Shown: positions 26,694 to 36,478 of the stretch, one piece after another | Layout: each line of letters opens with the position of its first letter | Position numbering within the stretch: position 1 is the stretch's first letter | NCBI GenBank assembly: GCA_965248195.1 | Contig: CBDFIQ010000002.1 | Location: 2,176,001-2,240,000 of the forward strand | Direction: 5' to 3' | Length of the DNA stretch: 64,000 nt | From: Longimicrobiales bacterium | Lineage (GTDB): Bacteria; Gemmatimonadota; Gemmatimonadetes; Longimicrobiales; Gaopeijiaceae | Program-made: the position numbers and the translations under genes | Notes under the pieces: generated by a model | Database searches by the model: none | Told to the model about the DNA's origin: nothing | What the model saw: the letters and a program-made list of their open reading frames with translations, nothing else

Positions 26694-28682
26694 GTGAGTT
26701 CCGCTGGTGAGCCCTCGATCCCGAGGAGGGACCTGGGTCTCCCAACCTTTTCCGCAGCGACCTTCGTCGTTCTTGCGATCGCCCTCTCGCTCTTCCAGCT
26801 CTACTTATCGGGCGTCCGGCCGATCGGACTCTTCTACGAGAGAGCGTTCCATCTGGCGGTCATTCAGGTCTTGGCCTTTCTCCTCTTTCCGACGAAGGGT
26901 CGCGAAACGTCCGGGGTTCGAAGTGGATTGGCATGGACGGTTGACGCCACTCTCATCGCTGGCTCCATCTTCGCGGCCCTCTACCTCACGCTCAATCTAG
27001 ACGCCATCGTGAATCGGGCAGGGGCCTGGGAGGGCGCCGACGTTTTCGCGGGCGGAGTGGCAGTGGTCACGCTCCTCGAAGCGTGCCGAAGGGCGTTGGG
27101 GTGGCCTATTTCGTTCATCGCCGTCTGTTTCATCGGCTACGGGTATGCGGGTCCCGCACTCCCCGGCCTGCTTCGGCATGGAGGCTACAGCACCGGACGG
27201 CTCGTGGGACAGCTTTATTTGGGCCAGGAGGGGATTTACGGGATCCCGTTGGGCGTAGCCGCCTCCTTCGTCTTCATCTTCATCTTGTTCGGAGCCCTGC
27301 TGGAGGTCACCGGCGCGGGCCAGTTTTTCATCGACCTGGCGTACGCGGTTACCGGAAGACAGCGCGGAGGACCCGCAAAGGCGGCCGTTCTGGCCTCTGC
27401 CGCGATGGGGTCCGTGTCTGGGAGTGCCATCGCCAACGTCGTAACCAGCGGGGCGTTCACCATTCCCCTCATGAAAAAGGTCGGATACCGTGCTGAGGAG
27501 GCCGGCGGTATCGAGGCGGCCGCAAGTACCGGGGGTCAAATCCTTCCCCCGATCATGGGGGCCGGAGCGTTTCTGATCGCCGAATATACCGGGCTGCCTT
27601 ATCTGGAGGTCGTCAAGGCGGGCCTCGTTCCCGCGATTCTATACATGGGAACCGTTTTCGTCTTCGTGCACCTCGTGGCGGTCGCGAGAGATCTCAAGGG
27701 CCTTCCAGCCTCCGAGCTTCCCCAGTTCGGGACGACGTTGGCCAAGGGCTGGCACTTCCTCGCAGCCCTAGTGGTCCTGATGGCCGCGCTCCTCATGGAT
27801 TTTTCGGTGGCCCGGGTCGGATTCTTTTCGTGCGTAGCGGTGGTGGCACTGGCGGCCTTGCGAGCCGCGTGGGACCGGACCCTACCCGGGAATCAAGTGG
27901 GCTCGAGGCCGGGAGAAGGGCTTCCGGGACCCTTCGCTGGCTGGGTCGGCGGCGGGATTGCACGCATTGTGGATGGGTTCGTCGTTGCGTGCCGAAACGC
28001 ACTTCCAGTGAGTCTGGCCTGCGCCGTGGCGGGAATCATCGTGGGCATCGTCGGCCTCACGGGTCTGGGCCTCAAATTTTCGGCCCTCATGCTTTCTCTT
28101 TCCCAGGGGAATCTCTTTCTTGCCCTGATACTCCTGCTTCTGGCAAGTCTCGTGCTTGGGATGGGACTTCCCGTAACCGCCAGTTACGTCGTCCTTATCG
28201 TCCTCGCCGGCCCGGTACTGATCAATGATTTCGGTCTTCCTGTCCTGATCGCTCACCTGCTCGTGTTCTGGTACTCCCAGGACTCCAACGTCACACCCCC
28301 CGTCTGCCTCGCTGCTTACGCAGCCGCGGGTGTCGCCGGATCCGACCCCATGCGCACCGGGCTCCAGGCATGGAAGTACGCCAAGGGACTTTATCTCATA
28401 CCGCTCCTCATGGTGGTGCATCCCGAGCTCGCCTTAGGGGGTGCGTGGCCGGTAGTGCTCGGGAAGGCGACGATGTCGATGGTGGCGTTAGCCGCGTTCG
28501 CCGCTGCGCTGGAGGGACACTCGCTGAAGCGTCTCACCGTAGGAGGTCGGATCCTGCTTCTGGTAGGCGCCTCCACCGCGTTTTTTCCGTCCTTCCTGGT
28601 GGGCGGTCTGGGAGCCCTAGGCGTCGTCGCCTACACCCTGAAGGACATCCGAAAACCGGATCACCCCGCGCCTTTTCACTGA
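26694..28682 (+). CDS. TRAP transporter fused 4TM/12TM permease (TAXI type)
   Basis: GGPAKAAV, SGSAIANVV, EAAASTGGQILPPIMGAGAF, GMGLP, TPPVCLAAYAAA. Confidence 0.94.
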   Translation: MSSAGEPSIPRRDLGLPTFSAATFVVLAIALSLFQLYLSGVRPIGLFYERAFHLAVIQVLAFLLFPTKGRETSGVRSGLAWTVDATLIAGSIFAALYLTLNLDAIVNRAGAWEGADVFAGGVAVVTLLEACRRALGWPISFIAVCFIGYGYAGPALPGLLRHGGYSTGRLVGQLYLGQEGIYGIPLGVAASFVFIFILFGALLEVTGAGQFFIDLAYAVTGRQRGGPAKAAVLASAAMGSVSGSAIANVVTSGAFTIPLMKKVGYRAEEAGGIEAAASTGGQILPPIMGAGAFLIAEYTGLPYLEVVKAGLVPAILYMGTVFVFVHLVAVARDLKGLPASELPQFGTTLAKGWHFLAALVVLMAALLMDFSVARVGFFSCVAVVALAALRAAWDRTLPGNQVGSRPGEGLPGPFAGWVGGGIARIVDGFVVACRNALPVSLACAVAGIIVGIVGLTGLGLKFSALMLSLSQGNLFLALILLLLASLVLGMGLPVTASYVVLIVLAGPVLINDFGLPVLIAHLLVFWYSQDSNVTPPVCLAAYAAAGVAGSDPMRTGLQAWKYAKGLYLIPLLMVVHPELALGGAWPVVLGKATMSMVALAAFAAALEGHSLKRLTVGGRILLLVGASTAFFPSFLVGGLGALGVVAYTLKDIRKPDHPAPFH

Positions 28683-28718
28683 TCCGCGCCCCTCGAGGCG
28701 AAAGATCAGCACCGTGCC

Positions 28719-29117
28719 CTACAAGCCACAGTACCGGAGGTACGACTGAACTTCCAACAGAATGTGATCACCGGGGTCGGTCCAGATCCCCCGCGTCGTA
28801 CACTCCCCACCGGCTAGCACGTCGATGCGGATTCGGAGTTCCTCAGTCCAGTCCCAGGGGAGCATGAACATGCCCGTCCTGGTTCCGCTGACCCTCCCCA
28901 GGCGGACCCGCTTACCGGACCAAAGCGCGTGAAGCGTGATGTCGTCGAACCCGTGGTTGATGACCTCGATATTGATCCTCGCTTCAGCCTGAGAGGTGAA
29001 GGGGGCGGGTCTCGACCGGGCGCACCCAAAGCCCGCGCCGGTGAGCACCACACTCAACAAAGCGATGCGTCCAGCGGCGGAAGCACGCCTGCCACGACGA
29101 ACGATTTTCTCACGCAT
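28719..29117 (-). CDS. Hypothetical small lipoprotein
   Basis: Basic N-terminus, hydrophobic stretch, GFGC lipobox-like; beta-rich EVINHGF...VRLGRVSG. Confidence 0.75.
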   Translation of the reverse strand: MREKIVRRGRRASAAGRIALLSVVLTGAGFGCARSRPAPFTSQAEARINIEVINHGFDDITLHALWSGKRVRLGRVSGTRTGMFMLPWDWTEELRIRIDVLAGGECTTRGIWTDPGDHILLEVQSYLRYCGL

Positions 29118-29246
29118 CTCGAACTCCTTTCCGGACCGGCAACATAAGAAAACCTCGAGGCCCACTCAACACACGATCTCAATATAGATAAGTACTCGCC
29201 AGGACTCGCTCAGGTCCTTTGGACGAGACGCTCTTAGGGCGGAGAA

Positions 29247-30752
29247 TTAGAGGGCTACGCCCTCCTCGGCCATTCCCTTCACGGCCCGAACCGCCTGGGC
29301 CCAACCGGCGATAAGCGTCGCACGCTCGGTGTCTGACATGCTTGATGTGAACCGGGTAGCCTCTCCCTGAGAGGCGAGGAAATCCTCGGCATGCGACCAC
29401 AGCCCGGTGGCAAGTCCGGCCAAGCCCGCCGCACCCAAAGCGGTGGTCTCAACCACCTCCGGGCGGCGCACAGGGACCCGCAACAACCCGGACTGAAAAC
29501 CCAATAGCCAATCGTTCTTTGCCGCTCCACCGTCGACACGCAGCTCTGTCGTTTTCGTCGAGGAGTCCGCTTCCATGGCATCGAGGACCTCCTGGGTGCC
29601 GTACGCCATCGCCTCCAACGCAGCCCGTACCAAATGCTCCCGGGTCGTACCTCGCGTAAGACCAAAGAGGGCTCCACGAGCCTCGGGCACCCAGTGTGGT
29701 GCCCCGAGCCCCACGAACGCCGGGGAGAAGTAGACTCCGTCATTCGACTCCAATTCTGCAGCCATCGCCTCCGACTCCGCCGCGTCGTCGATCAGGCCCA
29801 GTCCATCGCGGAGCCATTGAATCGCGGCCCCAGCGATGAAAACCGAGCCTTCCAGGGCGAACGCCAGCCCTCCCCGCGAATCACACGCCGCCGTGGTGAG
29901 GAGGCCGTGTTTCGAGGGCACGATCCGCTCCCCGGTGTGCATGAGGAGAAAGGCACCCGTGCCGTACGTACTTTTGGCCAAACCTGGAGACCAGCATCCC
30001 TGTCCGAACAGCGCCGCCTGTTGGTCGCCCGCGACCCCCGCAACCGGGACCTCGATCCCCAGCGCCTCACCTCGAACCACGCCGAAGTCGCCGCTGCTGG
30101 CGCGCACCTCCGGAAGAAGCGCCTGGGGGATCTCGAGCGTGTCGAGAAGCCACGGATCCCACGCCGCGAGGGACAGGTTGAACAGCAGAGTACGGGAGGC
30201 GTTCGTAGGATCGGTCGCGTGGACCGCGCCGTTCGTGAGCCGCGCGATCAGCCAGGTGTCGATCGTTCCGGCCACCAACTCTCCCTCTTCGGCCCGGGCC
30301 CGAAGCTCCGGGTGCTCGCGAAGGAGCCAAAGTAGCTTGGTAGCGGAAAAGTAAGGATCCAGCACAAGTCCAGTGCGCTCGCGTATCTCCGCCTCGTGGC
30401 CCGCCTTCTTGAGATCAGCACACAATCCGGCGGTGCGACGGTCCTGCCAGACGATCGCCCGATGGACCGGTTCCAGCGTCGCACGATCCCAAAGAACGAT
30501 CGTCTCGCGTTGATTCGTGATCCCGATTCCCCTGACATCGGCTCCCGCTGCCGAGGCGAGGGCCTCGCGTGCGACGGTCTGCGTGACCTCCCAGACTTCA
30601 ATTGCGTCGTGCTCGACCCAGCCAGGCTGGGGGAAGTACTGTGTGAACTCCGAATAGGCCCTGCCGAGGACCCGGCCATCCTCAGAGAACACGAGACAGG
30701 TGGTGCCCGTGGTCCCCTGGTCGATGGCTAGAATCGATGGAGTGCGGCTCAT
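29247..30752 (-). CDS. glpK: Glycerol kinase
   Basis: AIDQGTTGT, GITNQRET, VWQDRRT, DPYFSATK, AGDQQAALFGQ, LRVDGGA. Confidence 0.98.
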   Translation of the reverse strand: MSRTPSILAIDQGTTGTTCLVFSEDGRVLGRAYSEFTQYFPQPGWVEHDAIEVWEVTQTVAREALASAAGADVRGIGITNQRETIVLWDRATLEPVHRAIVWQDRRTAGLCADLKKAGHEAEIRERTGLVLDPYFSATKLLWLLREHPELRARAEEGELVAGTIDTWLIARLTNGAVHATDPTNASRTLLFNLSLAAWDPWLLDTLEIPQALLPEVRASSGDFGVVRGEALGIEVPVAGVAGDQQAALFGQGCWSPGLAKSTYGTGAFLLMHTGERIVPSKHGLLTTAACDSRGGLAFALEGSVFIAGAAIQWLRDGLGLIDDAAESEAMAAELESNDGVYFSPAFVGLGAPHWVPEARGALFGLTRGTTREHLVRAALEAMAYGTQEVLDAMEADSSTKTTELRVDGGAAKNDWLLGFQSGLLRVPVRRPEVVETTALGAAGLAGLATGLWSHAEDFLASQGEATRFTSSMSDTERATLIAGWAQAVRAVKGMAEEGVAL

Positions 30753-30853
30753 GGATGTTCGCTGCCTGGGATGCGCGGCGTGCTACTTCGATAAATCCGA
30801 AGGTGTCTGTGACTTGGCCAATCATGCAAGGTTCTCGGTCAGGGAGAGCCGGC

Positions 30854-30870
30854 ACTTAACATAATGTCCC
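30854..30870. other. dif-like half site (XerD arm plus 6-bp centre, no XerC arm)
   Basis: Minus strand GGGACA-TTATGTTAAGT; 10/11 identity to the E. coli XerD arm TTATGTTAAAT. Confidence 0.4.
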
Positions 30871-31053
30871 GTCCACCCTCCTCGGACGCCCTCACCCCCT
30901 TTTACACAAAGCACCCCTTGCGGCCCGCGTAAGCGGGGAGCACTTTGCCCCCTAGCCTTCTTGGGGCGTGGTCTACGCCTGTGTGGCGCCGGCCGCGACC
31001 ACCTCGCGGCGGTTCGACAGGGATCAAACAGCTCTAGGGCTGGAAGGTCATTC

Positions 31054-32268
31054 GTGCATAGGAGACACTTTCTCAAGACCGGCGGCGGCGCGGGGCTCGG
31101 TCTCGCCCTTGGTGCTTGCAGCTATCGCGCAGCAGGGCTGGGGGCCCCGTGGGTGCGGCCCGCCAATCTGGTTCCAGTCCAGGTCTCGTGGGACCGCATC
31201 ATCCGGACAACCGTCGCGTTGCGCCCCTATCGCGAGTCAGGGTTCGTGCTCAGGTCAGAGCGCTTCGACCACAAAACGGTGATACATAACTACGGCCACG
31301 GTGGGTCGGGGATGTCGCTCTCGTGGGGAACCGCGCACCTGGCAGCCGACCTCGCGGTCCATCACCCCGAGCGTCGGGCCGCGGTCATCGGCTGCGGCAT
31401 CATCGGGCTGACCTGCGCGCGGGTGTTGCAGCGCCGCGGTTTCCAGGTGGCGATCTACGCGAAGGTGCTGCCGCCCGACACGACGTCGAACAAATTATTT
31501 GGGGGGTTCACGCCCAACTCGACGCTTGTCAGCCAGCGGACGGCCCGGTGGGACAAGCAGTTCCGCCGGGCGGTCGAGATCGCGTACCGCGAGCACAGCC
31601 TCCTGGCCGGTCGCGGATACGGCGTGCGATGGATCGACGGGTACTCACAGATGGACAACCTTGATGGAGCTGGCACACAGGGCCGCACGGGCGGTGATGG
31701 CCGCGTCGAGGAGGATCCGCTGATGCCGAGAAGCTTCTCGGTGGATAGGGTCCTGCTGGAGCCGGGCCAGCACCCGTTCCGGATGCGGTACGCGCGACGA
31801 TCGCCGAGGCTGCAGTTCGATCCGGACATTTACCTCGACGCTCTCATGCGAGACGTGCTCACCTTTGGCGGCAGCATATCCGCACGCGAATTCGACACGC
31901 CACGCGACTTCATGTCGCTGCCCGAGCCCCTGATCGTGAACTGCACGGGCCTTGGCGCAAAGAAACTCTTTAACGATCACGAGCTGACTCCAGTGAAAGG
32001 GCAGCTCACCGTGCTCGTACCGCAGCCCGACGTGAACTATTCGTTCGGAGGTATGCTCCCGCGCGGCAGTGGCATCGTCTTTGGCCACGTGCGTCAGCCC
32101 GGGGTCTCCTCGCTCGCCGTCGACGAGGAGGAGCAAACTCGAGTCATGGAGAACGCCATCAGAGCCTTCAGCGGAATGCGCCCGCCGGACCTCCGCTCGC
32201 CGCTGACCGCGTTCCGTCCGCCGCCTGACCTACCGCCTGTCGGGAGCTTCTTCGGTCTCGCTTCCTGA
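31054..32268 (+). CDS. FAD-dependent D-amino acid oxidase-family protein, Tat lipoprotein
   Basis: MHRRHFLK...LALGAC; LRPYR, IHNYGHGGSGMSLSWGTA, AVIGCGIIG, IVNCTGLGAK, PVKGQ. Confidence 0.88.
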   Translation: MHRRHFLKTGGGAGLGLALGACSYRAAGLGAPWVRPANLVPVQVSWDRIIRTTVALRPYRESGFVLRSERFDHKTVIHNYGHGGSGMSLSWGTAHLAADLAVHHPERRAAVIGCGIIGLTCARVLQRRGFQVAIYAKVLPPDTTSNKLFGGFTPNSTLVSQRTARWDKQFRRAVEIAYREHSLLAGRGYGVRWIDGYSQMDNLDGAGTQGRTGGDGRVEEDPLMPRSFSVDRVLLEPGQHPFRMRYARRSPRLQFDPDIYLDALMRDVLTFGGSISAREFDTPRDFMSLPEPLIVNCTGLGAKKLFNDHELTPVKGQLTVLVPQPDVNYSFGGMLPRGSGIVFGHVRQPGVSSLAVDEEEQTRVMENAIRAFSGMRPPDLRSPLTAFRPPPDLPPVGSFFGLAS

Positions 32269-32394
32269 GGGAGGCTGACGGGGGAGTCGGGCGAGGGCCA
32301 GCCGTTGCTGCGCGACGTCCCACTCCGCTTCGATCATGTAGGGAAGATTCATGCTGACCGGAACGAAGCGAGCGGCACCTGCGTATCCAGGGAT

Positions 32395-34107
32395 GTGATC
32401 AAATGTCCGCCAGCCTCTGCGCGGCTGCCGTCAGGTGCGGTGTTGTCGGTCCTGGCGCTGGTCCTCGCCGCGTGCGGCCGAAGCGCCGCCTCTGATCCTC
32501 TTGCCGAGGTGACGTACGCCGAGCACATCGCCCCGGTGCTCTATGAGGAATGCGTCGGGTGCCATCGGCCAGGAGGCAGTGCGCCGTTCAGTCTCGTTAC
32601 GTACGACAACGCCAGCGAGCGCGCCGAGGGGATCGCTAGCGCGACGGCCGCCAAGGTGATGCCTCCGTGGCTCCCCGAATCGGACGGCGAGTTCGTGGGG
32701 GAACGCCGCCTCACCGACGATGAAATCGCGCTCTTCCAGCGCTGGGTGGAGGACGGGGCTCCTCGAGGCGACCTGACGGCGGCCCCGTCGCCCCCGCCCC
32801 CGCCGACCGGTTGGCAACTGGGCGAGCCGGACCTCGTCGTCGACTTTCCCGTCCACACGCTCCAGGAGGAAGGGCGGGACGTCTTCCGGAACATAGTCGT
32901 CGGCGTCCCGATCGATCGCCCACGGTACGTATCGGCGGTTGAGCTGCGACCCGGCGACCCCCGAGTGGTCCACCACGCTTTGATGGGGGTGGATACTACG
33001 GATTCGTCGCAGATGTTGGACGTCCGAGACGACGCTCCCGGCTTCGACGGCATGGAGCTGGGCAGCAACGCCGGGTTCCCAGACGGCCACTTGCTGGGGT
33101 GGACGCCGGGGAAGGGGGCGCGCCCTCCGCTCGAGAACATGGCTTGGCGCCTAGAGCCGGGCACCGACCTCGTGCTGAACCTGCACTTGCGCCCGACGGG
33201 GAAGGAGGAGCGCGTCGAGTCGCAGGTCGCCTTCTATTTCACGGAGACGCCGCCCGAAGAGCGCCCGGTGCTCATAGTGCTCGAGTCGCCGATGATCGAC
33301 ATCCTGCCCGGTGAGCCCGACTACCGAGTCACGAACAGCTACGAGCTGCCCGTGGGTGTCGACCTGTTGAGCATCTACCCACACGCGCACTACCTCGGCA
33401 AGGACCTTCGCGGATACGCGACCCTCCCCGATGGTTCGGTCAGACAGCTCATTCGCATCCCGAACTGGGACTTCAATTGGCAAGATGAATACCGGTTCGC
33501 CGAGCCCGTGCGGATGCCGGCAGGCACGGTCCTGACCCTGGACTTCACGTTCGATAATTCGGCCGACAACCCTCACAACCCGAGCGACCCGCCCCATCGC
33601 GTCGTCTACGGCTTGAATTCGACGGACGAGATGGCCCAGCTGATCCTCCAATTGCTTCCTCACGACGCGTCGGACCGGGCGACCCTCATCGCTCACGCGG
33701 CATGGCAGCACGAGATCGAGGCCATGTCCTACATGGCTGTCCAGGAAATCCAGAAGGGCAATCAGAGCCTTGATGACGGACACCCGGATCAAGCGATCTT
33801 TCACTACCGCGAGGCCATGCAGTACCAGATCGACCACGCCGAGGCTCTCACCGGGCTCACTCGTGCCTTCTTGATCAAGAGCGACTTCGAGTCGGCTCGC
33901 CTCGTGGGTGAGAGGGCCACTGAGGTCACGCAGGGTCGAGACCCCATGGCGTTGAGCGCGCTTGCCGAGGCGTATGCTGGTGTTCGGGACGGCAGGGCGG
34001 TGTCCACCGCAGAGGAGGCGCTGCGCCTCGCGCGCGGACTGGGGCGCACCGCGCTAGCGGATTCCATCGAGGCTCGACTGCCCGACTACCGCACGTTCAG
34101 GCGGTAG
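32395..34107 (+). CDS. Lipoprotein: c-type heme domain + copper type II (PHM/DBM-like) monooxygenase domains + TPR; start uncertain (ORF from 32305)
   Basis: LAAC lipobox, CVGCH, VVHHAL, LNLHL, YPHAHYLG, WDFNWQ, DEM, C-terminal TPR helices. Confidence 0.8.
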   Translation: MIKCPPASARLPSGAVLSVLALVLAACGRSAASDPLAEVTYAEHIAPVLYEECVGCHRPGGSAPFSLVTYDNASERAEGIASATAAKVMPPWLPESDGEFVGERRLTDDEIALFQRWVEDGAPRGDLTAAPSPPPPPTGWQLGEPDLVVDFPVHTLQEEGRDVFRNIVVGVPIDRPRYVSAVELRPGDPRVVHHALMGVDTTDSSQMLDVRDDAPGFDGMELGSNAGFPDGHLLGWTPGKGARPPLENMAWRLEPGTDLVLNLHLRPTGKEERVESQVAFYFTETPPEERPVLIVLESPMIDILPGEPDYRVTNSYELPVGVDLLSIYPHAHYLGKDLRGYATLPDGSVRQLIRIPNWDFNWQDEYRFAEPVRMPAGTVLTLDFTFDNSADNPHNPSDPPHRVVYGLNSTDEMAQLILQLLPHDASDRATLIAHAAWQHEIEAMSYMAVQEIQKGNQSLDDGHPDQAIFHYREAMQYQIDHAEALTGLTRAFLIKSDFESARLVGERATEVTQGRDPMALSALAEAYAGVRDGRAVSTAEEALRLARGLGRTALADSIEARLPDYRTFRR

Positions 34108-34199
34108 CCGATTCTCTGCAGGTAGTTCTTCTCCCGCGTTGAGAAAGAACGCGGCGTGATAGAGGCGGTCTATATGCCGGCCGCAGCTTCTTCGAACAT
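34107..34199 (-). pseudogene. Possible ECF sigma-factor N-terminal remnant
   Basis: MFEEAAA, one frameshift, then RHIDRLYHAAFFLNAGEELPAE, resembling sigma region 2 N-terminus. Confidence 0.25.
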
Positions 34200-34231
34200 C
34201 GGGTGCACGTGCATGTGCCCTTCAGCAGTTT

Positions 34232-35386
34232 TCAGGGAAGCCAAAGAACCGGGTTCGGGAAGAACTGGGAGAATGCGAACCAGAACGACACGTACCCCTC
34301 GGCGATCGTCCGGAGCTGGTCACCCGCCAATAGGCCGGAGAGCCCCTTCCCCTCTATACTCCACTGAGTCCCCGTCTCCACATCCACGAAGGCGCCGTTC
34401 CTCACCTCAAAGGTCAGATCACGGGTGGGGGTCCCCGGCGTAAACGCCATCGCCGCGGCCGCCCCGCCGTCCCAGAACACGACGACCGGGTCTACCCCGC
34501 CCTGTCCCCCATTGCCGTCGCCGAGGATCGTATGGACCACCGTAAGATCGCCGACGGCGGCGTCACGGAGGGCACCGAAGGGGAAGGCGATTCCTCCCTG
34601 ACCATCGACGAACGGAATCCCCAGTATCCGCTCCTTCGGAGGTCTCCGCAAATCAAGGTTCTCGAGGGAGGCTAACGTGAGGTAGTTGCCCTCCACTTCA
34701 TAGTCCCCATACGGATAGCGTGTGTAGTCCCTGTCGAACTTGGTGGCCCCGCTCAAGAGCCGCGTGTCCGGGTGGAGCGCCAACCAGTCTTCCCACTCGA
34801 TCTCGATGGCCGCAACCATCGTCAGCTTTTCCCCTTCCGAGGGGCCGCAGAACCCTCCGGCCAACATCTGCGGCCACAGTGAGTCGTCCTCGGAAAAAGC
34901 GGTCTCGACGACGGGGCGGCCGTACATCACCAGATTGTTGTTGAAGAGGAGCCCGGATACCCCGAACTCGACACCCTCGCCACCCCGGCGCTGAAAGACC
35001 ATGCTGGACCCGGTGAGCGGGCAGTAGGTGACCGCCAGACCGAGCTCGTTCATATTCGCGATCTCATGCCACCAGAGGATGTTATGCGGAAAGGCCAAGT
35101 ACTCGCCGTTGATTTCGAGCCCGATCACCCGATCCGTGGGGAGCAGGAAGTCGATCAAGGGGCTATCCGGGCCGACCAAGTCAGGGTCCGTAAGCGCTGG
35201 AATTCCGTCCCTCGCAGACCCCGAGATGAGACTCAGCTGAAGTTCCTGGCACAGCGCGGTAAGCTGGGGCTCTTCTCCCCCACCCCCAGACGGCTGCACC
35301 CCATCGGAGCACGCCGCTACGGCTACCGTGACCAAAGCCAGGCCGGAGCAGAGGAAGGAAACTCTTTCGAACCTTTGTTTTTCCAT
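34232..35386 (-). CDS. DUF3179-like lipoprotein
   Basis: VAAC lipobox; DGIPALTDP, WHEIAN, VTYCPLTGS, FGVSGLL, SLWPQM, FWFAFSQFFP. Confidence 0.85.
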   Translation of the reverse strand: MEKQRFERVSFLCSGLALVTVAVAACSDGVQPSGGGGEEPQLTALCQELQLSLISGSARDGIPALTDPDLVGPDSPLIDFLLPTDRVIGLEINGEYLAFPHNILWWHEIANMNELGLAVTYCPLTGSSMVFQRRGGEGVEFGVSGLLFNNNLVMYGRPVVETAFSEDDSLWPQMLAGGFCGPSEGEKLTMVAAIEIEWEDWLALHPDTRLLSGATKFDRDYTRYPYGDYEVEGNYLTLASLENLDLRRPPKERILGIPFVDGQGGIAFPFGALRDAAVGDLTVVHTILGDGNGGQGGVDPVVVFWDGGAAAAMAFTPGTPTRDLTFEVRNGAFVDVETGTQWSIEGKGLSGLLAGDQLRTIAEGYVSFWFAFSQFFPNPVLWLP

Positions 35387-35613
35387 ATTTGGACCCCCTG
35401 AGCCGCCCAGACAACGCTCTCTTTCAAGTCCATCGCGCGGCGCACGCATGCAGAATGCTCCGATCTGTTGGCCGAACTCATACCCCGCCTGAACAGTTCC
35501 CCCGCGCAAGCAAACCCGCAAGGCAGGGTTGGGGAACAACGAATGACATCGGTATCTTGTTGGGGAGCCCGCCCTTCAGACGCCGCGCGAGCCGATCACT
35601 CTGAGAACAGATG

Positions 35614-35922
35614 CTACAATGAAGTCTTGTGTAGACCGAGGTCAACGGGTGGCCGCCGTGAACCGCGAGCTCAGGAGTTCGCTCATCACGTTCCCATCGG
35701 ACGGCCGCCTGCCGGCGCGGACGCCCGATGCCCGAATTCACGATCGACAATCCGGCGACCTACACCGAGCCCTAGGGAGCCAAGATCTCGATGAAGGCGA
35801 TGGACGACCAACTTTTCGAGTCCGCGTGGCATGAAGGTAATTACTCCCTGTCGAACGTACTGAGTGACGCGCGGTATCAAAAGTGAGTGGAAGCGGCAGG
35901 AAGCCGGGTTGAGCCAAGGTGA
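35614..35922 (+). pseudogene. Degraded, internally deleted gene for a secreted protein of the family usually found beside DUF6152 genes
   Basis: DRGQRVAAVNRELRSSLITFPSDGRLPARTPDA, then in another frame EFTIDNPATYTEP*GAK...LFESAWHEGNYSLSNVLSDAR; TAG at 35773 where Trp is expected. Confidence 0.65.
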
Positions 35923-35969
35923 AAAAAAGAGAGTGGAGGCAGAAGAAGCCGGCACTGAGCCGAGGTGAA

Positions 35970-36434
35970 ATGATGAGAACTAGAAAATTGATCTACGGGG
36001 CTTTGACGTTCGCGGCTGTCGCCCTTTTGGCCTATGCGGCCCCCGTGGTAGGCCACCACGCATTTGGGGCGGAGTTCGACGTAGATGCCCCGATTCGCCT
36101 CGAGGGCCCCATCGTGAGGGTCGAGTGGGTGAATCCGCATTCGTGGATTCACATGGAGGTGACGAACGAGGACGGTACGAAACGAGTCTGGATGGTCGAG
36201 GCAGCCACACCGAACGTCCTTCTGTACCGAGGGCTCCGCCGAGAATATCTGACGATCGGCTCCGTGTTGATCGTCGACGGGTATCAGGCGAAGGACCACT
36301 CTCTCCCTCGGGCCAATGGCCGTGACCTTACGTTCACCGACGGCACGAAGTTCTTCTTGGGATCGGAAGGTATCGGCGCTCTGGAGGACGGTGCCGAGCG
36401 CAGGTCCCTCGCGGGCGGTCGCGGGAGGTACTGA
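35970..36434 (+). CDS. DUF6152-like secreted protein
   Basis: Signal peptide then HHAFGAEFD...EWVNPHSWI...WMVE; SD GAGG. Confidence 0.85.
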   Translation: MMRTRKLIYGALTFAAVALLAYAAPVVGHHAFGAEFDVDAPIRLEGPIVRVEWVNPHSWIHMEVTNEDGTKRVWMVEAATPNVLLYRGLRREYLTIGSVLIVDGYQAKDHSLPRANGRDLTFTDGTKFFLGSEGIGALEDGAERRSLAGGRGRY

Positions 36435-36478
36435 GGGGGCAAGCTGCGGGAGGCAGGATTATCCCGCGTCTTGCTCAG

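Noticed and set aside
35773..35775. In-frame TAG as pyrrolysine or readthrough
   Set aside because: Lies in a fragment with a deletion, a frameshift and a second stop; TGG-to-TAG decay is simpler
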